Position numbers and translations under genes: made by a program | Source of the DNA: Dudresnaya verticillata | Lineage: Eukaryota | Assembly (NCBI GenBank): GCA_977862235.1 | Contig: OZ374558.1 | Coordinates: 744,001 to 808,000, forward strand | Length of the DNA: 64,000 nt | Direction: 5' to 3' | Part shown: positions 25,664-37,350 of the stretch, piece after piece | Position numbering within the stretch: position 1 is the stretch's first letter | Layout of the letters: the number at the start of each line of letters is the position of its first letter | Notes under the pieces: generated by a model | Told to the model about the DNA's origin: nothing | What the model saw: only the letters and a program-made list of their open reading frames with translations | Databases searched by the model: none

Positions 25664-26410
25664 CTGAGCAGTTGGTTGTGTTTTTGTTTGGTAGATCTTG
25701 CCGCGGGCGCTTATCGAATGTTCTGTGCGAGTGAAAAAGGTTTTTGCAGTGGGCGAGTCGGCTCTCTTCCGCCTTTTCACAAGGGATATATATAGTTGCG
25801 AATGATGGTCGGCGCAAGGTAAAAGAGCGGGAACCATGAGCATCACATTACGCGGCAAAAAAGACAGATAGATTGTGCCTTTTTTCTCGACGTCTAAGAC
25901 CAAGTAGAAGGTCCTTCGTCATGTAGACAAAAGCTTTGGAGAGAGATGCAACTGTGCTGCCCAGGCGTGCGGAATCACGCCCGCCTGGTCTCGTGGGGAC
26001 TCTTTTTGCTCATCAATGAGAAACGACGCATTCGAGCGGCAGCTGGCCATAACACAATCGTGGTCCCTTGTAGGCACAGTAGTGATACAAAATATAACGG
26101 AGTGCCACAGCAAGAAGTCGAAATACTCGAAGATGTTTAATTGCGTTCAACCCGCGTTTAGAGCTGACAATAATAAGTAGAACTCGATTAAGCTCTTCGC
26201 TTAGTTGAGATTCGGTGCAGTGGTAGGTTTCGCCGCTGCCAAGGGAGAGTTTGATCATGTTGGTATCGGTGACACGCCTCATAAGCGAAGACTAACAGTG
26301 CAGGTGGTAACTGGTAACGGTAGCCGCAGGACATCGGCATCTCCATCTCCATACACACGGCATGGTCATTGATAACAGCCATCTTCTTCGATGTCAAGCT
26401 TGAGCTTCAA
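25282..26410 (+). repeat. Duplicated ~1.1-kb block, copy 1 (partner 37471-38571)
   Basis: Direct repeat from gttaagRtgcacgatcctg to gatgtcaagctt.agc.tcaa. The ORF track shows identical peptides in both copies. Confidence 0.97.
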
Positions 26411-26639
26411 AAAATGGTTGTACTCGCTCTCTTCAGTCCAATTTGTTTGCTCCCATCCTGGATCGTATGGTTCAGCAGAATGCACCAACTGGTGTTTCTG
26501 CTGATTCTATTCGATCTCGTCTACGTCTAGAGTCCACGGCTACAGCTCATTATTGTCGTCCCTTGAATGCCCTACCTTATTCATCATCCGTTTACCGTGT
26601 TCAACCTGAAGTTTGAGTGACAATGATCAAGCTACGTAT

Positions 26640-27207
26640 TGAACCTGCTGGCTCACCCAAACCCAACTCCCACGGCGCTCGCCCGAGCAGGCCAAGCAAT
26701 TGAACAAATCCGTCGCACGGGCCTCCAACATGCTACATCCTCCGACGACCCCACCACAGCTCGATAGGGCCAGCTCTAGATACGCAGTCTGTTTGCCAAT
26801 AGGCCGTTGACGAGGAGGCAAGTACACTCTAAGCTTTGTTGAATAAACTTTATCATCACTACTCGTCCTGTGCCAATTCTTGACACCTATGGTCATCATG
26901 CTGCTATCTGCCGCTCCCGTGATGGATCAATTCGACGTCATAACCTTCTTCGAGATCGGTTGACGTCATTCTCTAAAATCATTGCCCTCCGGAATGGGGC
27001 TACAGTGGCGGTTGAGCACCAATTTGATTATGCTGACGAACATGGTGCTGGAAACCCAGTGCATGCATCTAATCGAACTTCGCTCGAATGTGCTCGTGAT
27101 GATCGGCACCTTGCTCGTTTACATTCTGGAGTGTCTGTTTCTCGCCGTGAAGATCTCCGTTTGGATCTATAGGTTGGTGACGCTATCTTTGCACCTCGTC
27201 CACAAGG
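26640..27207 (+). mobile_element. CRE-like (RLE-type) non-LTR retrotransposon remnant, left part; left boundary approximate
   Basis: LDTYGHHAAIC..IRRHNLLRD (zinc-knuckle/RH motif) and DLRLDL*VGDAIFAPRPQG, with an in-frame stop. It continues in frame after the Gypsy insertion. Confidence 0.8.
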
Positions 27208-27486
27208 TGTAGAGAGTTGTTAGAAACAGAACAAGTCGATAGCTTCAAGCCGTGAACTTGAAGCAGAACAAGCCGATAGCTTCAAGCCGTGAACAGTAGT
27301 GTTTAATTTTGAATGTTGCGTGGTTCAAAGCCAGCCGTTCTGGATTGGCCGTGAACCGCTTTGTGCTCTCGAGATGAGCAGCAATACAGTAGTAGATAAA
27401 GGCTCTCTCTCCTCCGAGGGAAAGAGGAGAGAGGCAAGACTTTTGGAACAACAGAGTTGGGGTGCTAGGACGAGCCGGAGTTTACA
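27208..27486 (+). repeat. 5' LTR (279 bp)
   Basis: TG..CA termini, an internal 31-bp repeat at 37-bp period (27227/27264), and a 10-bp hairpin stem 27405-27414/27424-27433. Confidence 0.97.
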
Positions 27487-27562
27487 GAAATTTCTGTGTC
27501 TACACCTGCAGGGGACACGCTCGTGTGCTGTGCATTCAGTCTGTCAAGTCTTCCTTTTAACC

Positions 27563-30500
27563 ATGGCACCAAAAACCCGGCATGGTGGCGAATACGGCGA
27601 TGCACCTGCTCCGTCAAGTGCATTATTCGCACCAGTGCAACACCCGGTACTTCGGAGTGTCGATCCTCAAAAGGTCGCAGTATTTCTCCGAGAGAGGGAG
27701 CGTTATGTCGATGAGGTGATGGAGAAGAAGAAAGAAGTACCGTCTATGTCTGTTGCTTCCTTTAAAGTTTCAGTTGATAGAAGCCTATTGAAGACGCTTC
27801 ATGGTCTTGGAGAATTGGAAGACGTCGCAGAGGGTGTTCAGTTTGCCGACCTTACCGCTGAAAACATTGAGGCATATGTCACTAGCATTGTTGCAGAGAA
27901 GGCAGATACTGAGATTGACCCTAGGGTCATAGAAGAAGCACTAAAGGGGGTACGAATGCCGATGTCTATCTCGGATCCAAAGGCACGTGTGTTACAGTAC
28001 GTGCATAATATTTTTGAGCGTCTAGAAGGGGTTGGATACGGTAACTTCAAGGACCGGAACCCGAAGAAGACAGTCAAGCTGCTCCAGGAACACTTGGCGC
28101 CGGCTTCGTTGAAAGCGGCAATGAGTTCCCAGCTGGAGTACCAACCGGGCCTGGCCAAGAATGTTAATGGCTATGTTTGTCAGCTGCGGAAGGAGGCAGT
28201 AATCCAAGCTCGTCTTCAGGCCCACAGGGCACATGAAGACAAAGATTTGCCTGGCGCCGGCAACAGCTCTAATGGTACTCGAAACCAAAAGGGGAAGAAT
28301 GGGTCTAAGTCTTCCCATAATAATGGCAATACAAAAGGTTCTGCGGATAAGGGAAAATCTTCTGACCTGCTGTGTTTGAACCCGACGTGCAAAGCTAAGG
28401 GAGCACACCACAAGGGTGGTGTAAAACACTGCCCAGATACGAGTCATAACAGAGCTAAAGAGCTGATTCGTGAATTTAAGGATTCCCGTAAGGCTGGTGC
28501 AAAACAGGTAGCGGTATCTAAACCGCATAAGGAAAGTGACGCGGCAATCTCTACTATGATGGGTGTCACGTTTGGCGGAAAGGTTGTACGAAGGCTGTGT
28601 GCGGATGGAGGTTCGGACATAAACCTATTACCTCGCGCGGTCTTTCTTGAACTACTGGAGAAGAGAGCAACGATGACTGTGAAGGAGTATAATTCTCCCC
28701 GTCGGTTTTCCCTAGCAGCTTCAGAGCTGTTTGTATCTTGCGACCGTGAAATATCGCTGAATACGGAACTTCACATACGCCATGGAAAGTCTTTGCTGAT
28801 AAGAAATCTGCGCTGGGTGGTTGCTGTTGAAAATGTTGACGAACCACTACTGGGCAGGCCTATCCAAGAGGCGTTAGGTCTTGACACCAAGCGTATTTTG
28901 GCCGCTGCTTGTGACCGATACCGTGGAGAAGTGGATGCTACAGATGTCATGGGAGAGGACTATCCGGCAGGCTCTATTGCACGGATTCTCTCATCAGGTC
29001 TTTATCATTCGGACACCCCTGTTGATGGGGATGATGTTTCAGATATCTCAAAGCAGAGGCCTGAATTGGGCATAGATACACCAGAAGAATTAGATGCGGC
29101 TCTCAAGGCGATGATATCGACTGCAGTGGAAAACGGAATATCAGCAACTGGTGCCCAACAGCTCAAGAAACTTCTCCGGGAGTTCGAAGACGTGTTTCGG
29201 GTTCGACTGGGACCCGGACCTCCTGCTAAGGTTGACGCCATGCGTATATCTATCAAACCAGATTCTATCCCTTACCGTACCAAGGTTAGACGCTATCCTT
29301 CGGAGCAGCGCGATTACATGAAGCGCCTTGTTGATACTCTTGTTCAGTTTGGTATGGCAGAGCCTAATAAGGAAGCAGAATGGACCTCTCCCCCTCTTCT
29401 CGTGCCTAAACCTGGCACGCAGAAGTATCGCCTTACTTTTGACTTACGGCGGGTGAATCAGTGTACTCAGCCCATGGCGTGGCCGATGCCACATATCCAG
29501 TCCGAACTTCTCGACTTTTCAGGCAGTCGCTGCTTTGCAAGTATCGATTTTTGCGCAGGCTACTGGCAGATGCCATTGCACAAGGACAGTCAAGGGTTTC
29601 ATAGTTTCGTTACACCCACTGGTGTTTACAAACCTACCAGGACACTGCAAGGAGGAATGAACGCGGTCCAGAATTTTCAGTCCCGCGTCGAACCGTGCTT
29701 TAAGAGTATGGGAACAGCTGTCAAGGCCTGGTTAGATGATTTTGGCGTGCATTCAGAATCAGAAGAAGGTCTACTGTTGCAGCTACGGAAATTCTTTCGC
29801 ATTTGCGAGGAACATAATCTGAAGATATCTGCCAAGAAGACCGTCCTATTTGACAAGAAGCTGCAGTGGTGCGGGTATGTTATAGATTCTGATGGCGTCC
29901 GATGTGACCCTCGGCGAGTCAGTGGGCTAAAAGGGGGATTTTATCCAGTTACAGCTGCAGAATTGTCACAGTTCATCAATTGCTTGCAGTGGATGTCTAC
30001 GTTCATACCGGATTTTGCTAGCCGTGTGGCTCTGTTAAGAAAAATTCTGGAGGATGCGTATACAAGGTCAGGGAAACGGACTTCGCGCTCGATACGAGGT
30101 ATAAGACTTTCATCGCTGTCCTGGGGCCCTATACATGCGAATGCGTTCGATGATTTGCAGGAACAACTTCGTACCGCGGTCAAACTCGCCCATCGCGACC
30201 AGTCGCAGACTTTATGTATTTTTTCGGATGCATCGGATGAGCATTGGGCTGCAGTTGCCACACAATGTGGCGCCGGCCGTCTAAATCTCCCAATAGAGGA
30301 GCAGAAACACCAACCACTGGCTTTCTTGGGATCTGCTTTTAACGAAACACAGCAGCATTGGAGTACATTTGAACAGGAGGCCTATGCGGTATTCCAGGCT
30401 TTTGAGAAAATGGACTACATGCTTGCGTGTGAGTCTAACATACACCTCTTTACAGATCACAGAAACCTACTGTTTGTTTACAACCCTTTGGCCTTGAAGC

Positions 30501-32247
30501 CAATGTTGGGCAGGCACATTGTTAACAAAGTGCAGAGGTGGGCGCTATTTCTTTCACGGTTTATGTACACCATTGAGCATATTGATGGGGAGCGTAATAT
30601 CCTTGCAGATTTAATGAAACGGTGGTACGCAGGTTACCGTGGAAAACGTAAGATGGCTCGAAGAGTTACAAGTCTGTTGACCGAGGAGGACCGGGTCAGG
30701 TCCCCTTACGACAAAGATTTTGTTGGACCTTCTTTAGAAATGGTACGGGAATCTCAAGGCCGTGCAGAGCAGGTCGAGCGTCCTAATGACCTATCGTACA
30801 ATCAAGATGATGGAATGTGGCGAAAAAACGACCGCCTATGTATTCCATCGTCGGGTATTGACCTACAGATGAAACTACTAGTCCTTGCACACTGTGGCTC
30901 TGCAGGACATCGCGGAGTTGATTCAACGGCGAGTATTCTGAAGGAGCAGTATATCTGGGAGTCCATGGATGACGATGTCCATGAGTTCGTTTCTAATTGT
31001 TTACATTGTATCATTGCGAAGAGTGGTCATCGTATACCGAGACCAATTTCACTTACCCTTCATGCTACTGCTCCAAATGAAGTCTTGCACTTCGATTTCC
31101 TCTTCATGGGTATCGGGGCCGATGGGCTTTTCTATGTGCTGCTAATACGAGATGACTTATCGTCGTATATTTGGCTCTGCCCAAGTAGTGCTGCCAACTC
31201 GCGTGTTGTAGCAGAGAACCTGTCCAAGTGGATTCGAGTATTTACAGCTATGGGATATTGGGTGAGCGACCAAGGTTCGCACTTTAAGAATCAAGTAATG
31301 GAGGAATTGGCAAAAACCTACAGGATTAAGCATCAGTTTACTGTAGCATACTCACCGTGGATGAATGGTACGGTCGAGGTGTGCATGAGGCACGTCCGGG
31401 CTGCTTGCACTGCACTTTTATCCGAGCTGCAGTTAGGACCTCAAGACTGGCCCCTTGTCATTGACATGGTTATGTCAGCCTTGAATGAGGCGCCGCTAAA
31501 AAGGTTGGGGAAACGTTCCGATGGTACTTACCGTACCCCTCTTGAAGTCATGACGGGAATCAGACCTCGGCGGGAAAACTTTATCATGCAGCGTGGTACA
31601 GTTCACGAGCCTTTTGAGATTGATGCAGTACGAGTACGACAAATTATCAAGATTGATCAGTTGCAACAGGGTCTAGAGTTGATGCATAAGGATGTTTCGT
31701 CTCGCGTGGATGCAAATAGAATGAAACATATACAGGATCACAACAAACGCACAAACCTGGTACTCACCAGAGTCCCAACTTCGAAATTGGTGACTTTGTG
31801 GTTGTCCGTCGAGCTCAAGATCCTGGGCATAAGTTAAAGTTCAGATGGATTGGCCCCCGTCGTGTCTCCCGGGCTATTGGTGATACTGTTTATGAAGTCT
31901 CTGGTCTAGTTGATGGAAAACTTGAAATCGTCCATGCCTCTAGGATGCAACTTTATCGCGCAAAATTGGACGGTGCTGAGGTTTCTAGGAAACTACTTCG
32001 TCAAGCAGAACACATCGAGTCTAAATTTGAGATGGTTGACAAACTACTGGACATAGGAGAGGCGGATGATGGTCTATTTGTGCAGGTACAATGGCTTGGT
32101 CAGCCAGATAAGGTTGACTGGACATGGCAGTCGATTGCACAGCTGTATGAAGACGTCCCTGAAAAGTTACAGGCATTTTTGCGCAAGACGCGGAAAAGAA
32201 AGCTCGCCAAGAAAGCACGAGCTGAACTACATCTCTCTGAAGAGTAA
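27563..32247 (+). pseudogene. Single-ORF gag-pol polyprotein with one frameshift before the integrase C-terminus/chromodomain
   Basis: ATG MAPKTRHGG at 27563. Protease CADGGSD, RT WLDD, RNase H SDAS..EQE..TDH, integrase GHRG..C..C, HFDF, SDQG, TVE. Chromodomain VDKLLD..VQVQWLG..WTWQ lies in the shifted ORF 31798-32247. Confidence 0.93.
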
Positions 32248-32285
32248 TGCACACGCAGAAATACTCCAGCGTATGCATGGGGCCG

Positions 32286-32564
32286 TGTAGAGAGTTGTTA
32301 GAAACAGAACAAGTCGATAGCTTCAAGCCGTGAACTTGAAGCAGAACAAGCCGATAGCTTCAAGCCGTGAACAGTAGTGTTTAATTTTGAATGTTGCGTG
32401 GTTCAAAGCCAGCCGTTCTGGATTGGCCGTGAACCGCTTTGTGCTCTCGAGATGAGCAGCAATACAGTAGTAGATAAAGGCTCTCTCTCCTCCGAGGGAA
32501 AGAGGAGAGAGGCAAGACTTTTGGAACAACAGAGTTGGGGTGCTAGGACGAGCCGGAGTTTACA
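32286..32564 (+). repeat. 3' LTR (279 bp), preceded by a short atypical PPT (ATGGGGCCG)
   Basis: Identical to 27208-27486 by eye. Confidence 0.97.
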
Positions 32565-32850
32565 AAGGTTTCGATGTCTCCGTTATCAGTCCTCATTCTC
32601 TTCACTGTACCACTGGTAGAGTGTCTTGACCGTACCACTGGTAGAGTGTCCCGTCAAGCTATAGCCCAACATGAACGGTTCAAGCTGTCGCATTATCGGC
32701 GTGTGCGTGGAAGTCTAGGCATGGATTTACATGCTATGGTTATTGATTTAGGTTGATGATGATGATGATGATGATGATGACGGCCGTATTGGTGTCGGTA
32801 TTGACACCGGTATTCAGCGTATCGCTGATTACATTGGTGCACACTGGATC
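32565..32850 (+). mobile_element. CRE-like remnant, right part (RLE endonuclease C-terminal half)
   Basis: Removing the element and one TSD restores RPQG|FDVSVISP..HERFKLSHY..MDLHAMVID..GRIG. Disrupted by a 19-bp duplication (32607/32632) and a (TGA)9 tract. Confidence 0.8.
32754..32780 (+). repeat. (TGA)9 microsatellite
   Basis: Seen directly. It creates the poly-Met start of ORF 32753. Confidence 0.95.
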
Positions 32851-33592
32851 CCTGTCATCATCCATGCCCACCCATGCAGCCCAATTCGTGTACAACTCCT
32901 TCGTCCGCCCAGTGTATGAGCATTGTATTGCCCTCGTACCTCTCGACCCTCCGATCCTCAGTGCAATCGATCAACTCGACTCCCAATTCTTCCGCATCTG
33001 TATTGCGCAGCAGTCGTCCCGACTCTCAACGCGGAGAATCGCCAGACTCCGAGCATTGTTCAGATTCCCTCCCCCGTTGCTCAGACAAGCAGCAATACAA
33101 ACCAAGTGGATCACTGCACTCTCCAAACTCTCCAGAAGCCATCTTCCATCAGCGTGGCATGCCAAGGAAACTATGCGTGCCTTACGGAGTCTTCCGGAGA
33201 TGGAACAACCCCTAACACCCACGCCACATCCTGTCATCCAGGCGCGGATCCTTGCCGCATGGAAGTCGGCCGTCGCAGGCCGGCGGTCTGCTCCGGTCCA
33301 AAATACATCGTCCCTACCCCCCGCGCTCAGGCTTTCTAACCACCGCGACCGTAAGCTTGCGGTTCGGTGGCATCTTGGCATCTTCCCAATTCCACCCTCT
33401 TGCGCAGTCACACGTTCAGAACTTCGTGAACAAGCCGCAGTCCTTCAAAAATTGCCACACCCCGCGAACAGCCCCTCAGACCTTACCGCTATCTCCACCG
33501 CCATTGACAAAATCCGCCGACTATGCGCACAAGATCATCCACCCCCCCGTCCCCCACCGGCATACTGTGCCCTCGTGAAAGATAGCCCATAG
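32850..33592 (+). mobile_element. 5'-truncated LINE fragment (RT thumb/C-terminal region)
   Basis: FVYNSFVRPVYEH..IDQLDSQFFR..LRALFRFPP..R resembles the Y.s.iRP.leY...le..Q..flR...l.pl..R thumb consensus of non-LTR RTs. No catalytic RT core is present. Confidence 0.7.
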
Positions 33593-33657
33593 TCCCATAG
33601 CACGCAACAAGACATATATACATAAGTCCACGAGCCCCTTTTTTTTGCGGACCCTCA

Positions 33658-33742
33658 AGTGATGGTAAACACGTGCGCCTGCACATGGGCCAAAGCTGCC
33701 CGCGTAGGACCACTATGAACAACAATTAAAGAACAACATCAC
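33658..33742 (+). mobile_element. Short hAT-like MITE remnant, copy 1 (left TIR intact)
   Basis: AGTGATGGTAAACA followed by TGCGCCTGCACATGGGCC, which is shared exactly with 50170-50187. Confidence 0.6.
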
Positions 33743-34121
33743 ATTGCTGTCAAGAAAGGGAGTTCCCCCATCGCTGAGAAGCTTTCCATATTAACGTCTC
33801 TTATTACGCCCGTTCTTCAAAATGTTGCAGTTAGCGTGAATCGCCGCAACCTATCCCCTCCTCCTTCAATGTGTCCTGGCAGATAGAGCCTTTCCCAGGG
33901 TTGCTTTCTTTAGATTTAAATAAAGGTTTCGCTTCCATTTCTCATCATATGATTTCAGACTTCCCTTTGTAACTTACCGGGGGCTGTGGGGGTGCCAGTA
34001 CTGAGCGCATGAAGATCCACTTGGGTACGAAGTCAGGAGTGTGAGACATTGGACCGAGCAGAAGGATCTTGCCTTCGTAATCAATAGAGTTGGACGTACT
34101 GGCAGCTAAAGTCGCATATCC

Positions 34122-34640
34122 TTGGGGGGGGGGGGGGGGGTGGGGGCAACTGGGGGGCCAAGTCATTGTCCCTCCAGACTACGGGAACCTGTGACGAGGT
34201 ACGATGTATTTATCAGTCATGCAGGCCCGGAGAAGGAAATAATTGCATACCCGCTGCGAAATGCATGGGATGAGAAGGGCCTGATTTGGCTTACGGATGA
34301 AGAGAGTCTGAAGGTTTCAATACACATAACCGAAGAATGGATTTGGGCTGCAGTCCGGGGCAGCAAGTCGGCCGTATTCAAGTTATCGCCGTTGTTTGTC
34401 GCTCGCAACTGGCCGATGTTGGAGCTTTCCAAATTTCTCAGACGCAAACAAGAACCGCAGCCTCTTGTGCTGTTCACGCTGTTTTACAAACTGGAGTACC
34501 AAGATCGCAAGAACAAGCAGCTCCCGTGCGACGAAACATTTTGGAAGTGTTTAAGTAGAATCGCTTCTTTGAACTCGAGCTCGGGAAGAAAGATGCAGTG
34601 AAGAAAGTACTGGAACAACTTGCAAGCGTAACGAAGTAAA
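34122..34640 (+). pseudogene. TIR-domain gene remnant
   Basis: YDVFISHAG..D..SL....AVRGSK.AV..LSP.FV.RNWPMLEL..LFY is a TIR signature. There is no ATG start, a G17 run upstream, and a probable frameshift and stop near 34545-34560. Confidence 0.85.
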
Positions 34641-34683
34641 CTGGTGTTAGGAACGATAGAGAATAGTTGGAAAATCAGTTCGC

Positions 34684-34705
34684 AGAGAGAGAGAGAGAGA
34701 GAGAG
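34684..34705 (+). repeat. (AG)11 microsatellite
   Basis: Seen directly. Confidence 0.95.
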
Positions 34706-36535
34706 CTGCAGAAATGTTGTCTGCACGTTTAAGTACAATAAAGTTGTGATGATGATGATGTTTAAGTACGATTTAATAGATTGCGACTGGCAAACTAGCT
34801 GCTGTTTTCGATCGCTCTCCTTGACCAATTCTCAATGAACTCATTGTTAGACCTCATATACCATCGAGGCCTTCATCATCTCTTTGAACGAACGCGCCGT
34901 TGATTATTGCTACGCAATGATGCTCGGCGTGAGATGTTGTTGTCCTGTGCAATTTTAAAGAGGGGGAAACTCCATTTATGAAAGGCTGAAGTAGGTCCCC
35001 TATTGGGTGCGTCGCTCTATGAGGTGCTTTCATGCCATTAGTGGCTACTACAACTATTCTCTCACCGTATCAGAAAAGTTATTGTGTCAATGGCACTCTT
35101 TGCTGTGTTATTTCTGCTCCCTAAGCCCCCTTAAGCGGCTCCTTCCTCTGTTTTATCTGATCCGGAATGGCCTGACATACTTTCTTCATGTTCTGCGTCT
35201 AATGAAGTACTAAAGTTCGCTGCTTTCTGGACTGGCGTCTCGATGCAAATTAAAAGAATAAGCAGGCAGCCATGCTATCCATGGCGCGCGAGTCGAGTTG
35301 GAAAGGGCTTTTGCAGTACACATGTGCTGTTCTTATACAGTATATCTCTTTTACTGTCACGCGGAGATGCATGTCTGATGCACGTCTTCCAGTAGGTTTG
35401 TTCAATAAATGCAAAGACGGAAGTCGACCGGCTCTGACCGGGGAGTGCAAGTAACGTGGGAGTTACGTACATTAGAATTAGAGATCAAGTTGTCAACGGA
35501 ATAGATGATGTTGTCAACAGCTGGAGAACGGGAGAACGGGAGCCGTTCATTTATTCAATAGCTTTCAAAGTTTCTGAACAAGAAATTATGCCGATGTCCA
35601 ATGCGGAATTCATAGATTTATGGAACGAGGGCTCTTCGTCCCTTCCAAACAGGAGAGTAATGTGTGGCAATGTGGAAAAAGCAGAACTATGCGGTTGGTT
35701 TCAAGGAAGGCATTACCCTTTTCAAGGGAAAGCCCAACAAACTGCGTTCTACAATTACTGATACCCGCCTAACATACCTGCGACTTGTTTATTTCCCTGA
35801 AGCTATGGAACTCTTCGAGCTCACTGCGGCAACATTTTTTTTGCTGAACAATCTAAGAAGGGAATGTAAGTCTCCCATTCCCTACAATCCTCACGATAGA
35901 ATTTCTCCATTTCTTTTCTAGAAAAAGGCAACTTTCCATCCCATCCTTAGAGATACAAACCAAGCACATTCGCCGTGTATTTTCTTTACTGTTCATTTTT
36001 CGATAATAGCTGGGGGTCGAGAGAGATTATCAGAGCTTTATGTAGGACTGTCAGGAAACTTCATAAGGGAGCTTTAGGGATGCTGCAAGGTACGAAACGG
36101 CTTGGCATATAAAACGGCACGTATAGCAATAGGTATAGCATTCAACAAACACAAAACTCCATGACATCTTTTAAAGTGCAGAGCATTGCCGAGCTTCCTG
36201 GGCGGTGCCAGAGCAAGTGGCCTCGCATCTTACCCGGAAGCTTCACTGTCTGACAATTCTGTTAAGCCTCAGGGTTTCACCACAGGAGCCCGGATTTTCA
36301 ACGAGTAACATATAACTTCAGTATGGCTACATGATACACACTACAGTTTTATGGTTGTATTTGTATCATGTCAATACCTGTATACGTTTGTATAAAGTTA
36401 CGTATACGTATATATACGTAGTAGCTGCTTCTCAATAGCACAACCATGTTGAACTGCTGATAAGGACAGCTCACAAATAGCACCGCTACCAAGTCGTATA
36501 AGAAGATGACCTTCTTTAGTGCTCCGATAGATATA

Positions 36536-36645
36536 TACACAGCTCTACCTACACACAGTTCGTTCAAATGTTCTACTAAAGTTTGATCTACAAGATATTC
36601 TTGACGGCTACCACTACCACTGTCAACCTGCTACCATACTCATTC
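36536..36645 (-). repeat. Dispersed ~110-bp repeat, inverted partner of 24893-25005
   Basis: Reverse complement aligns with 24893-25005. Confidence 0.85.
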
Positions 36646-37350
36646 TTTACGTTATATTGTAACTGCTTATGCGTAACGTTTAGCATTTGCGATAGGCCTG
36701 TCGTGGTCTACGAGGGGGCAGACTTCTTTTTCAACGGCGAAAGCGAATGTTCTTGCCATTATTGTGATAGGTACTGGTTGCGGGATAAGCTGGGCGCAGG
36801 GTTCACTCGGGTCATCACTTGGACCGTTTTCTTTGCCGCAAGTGTTCTTCTCGACTGCCCCTCCTCCGTCACTACGACCTTATGGCCTGCAGCCCTCCCA
36901 TACGAGGTTTCCTAGAGCATGCACAACGGCGTGCGGCTCATGTCCTTCACTTTTTTTCCTCCTTGTGCAATGAAAATAGCTTCTTCGCATGGTAGACACG
37001 CACTTTCTCATGCGGTGCCAGCAAGATAGCCGAACATTTTCTGCAGCAACGTTCACAGCCAAATTGCAGAGGTAAGATGCTAAGCATGGCATTTCTTCTT
37101 TTCCAGGTTGCCTTCGCGTTTTTCCTTCCATCTATCGTAGTCCTCGGCCCTACAGCACGAGAGTTGCCAACTTTTGTTTTCCGTCTGACAACTTTGGCCC
37201 ATACCTCTACTGCTGTTCAAGTGAACTTGAGAGTGAACATTCCCTTTCTCCGTGGACAGTGTGCTTGCAGTAGCATTGCCCCTCATATTCTTGAATTTGA
37301 CACCACTCCCCCAGCTCTGCAGAAGATCATGAGAGCGACCCCTTTGATGT

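Larger units (their letters stand above)
27208..32564 (+). mobile_element. Ty3/Gypsy LTR retrotransposon with chromodomain, full length (5357 bp), recent insertion
   Basis: Two 279-bp LTRs identical by eye (TGTA...TACA). 4-bp TSD AAGG at 27204-27207 and 32565-32568. Domain order gag-PR-RT-RH-IN-chromo. Confidence 0.98.

Noticed and set aside
27299..27562. N-terminal 88 aa of the 1512-aa ORF
   Set aside because: GTG start inside the LTR. The plausible start is the ATG at 27563.
32753..32850. Poly-Met plus hydrophobic leader as a signal peptide
   Set aside because: It is produced by the (TGA)9 microsatellite and an off-frame reading of the CRE remnant.
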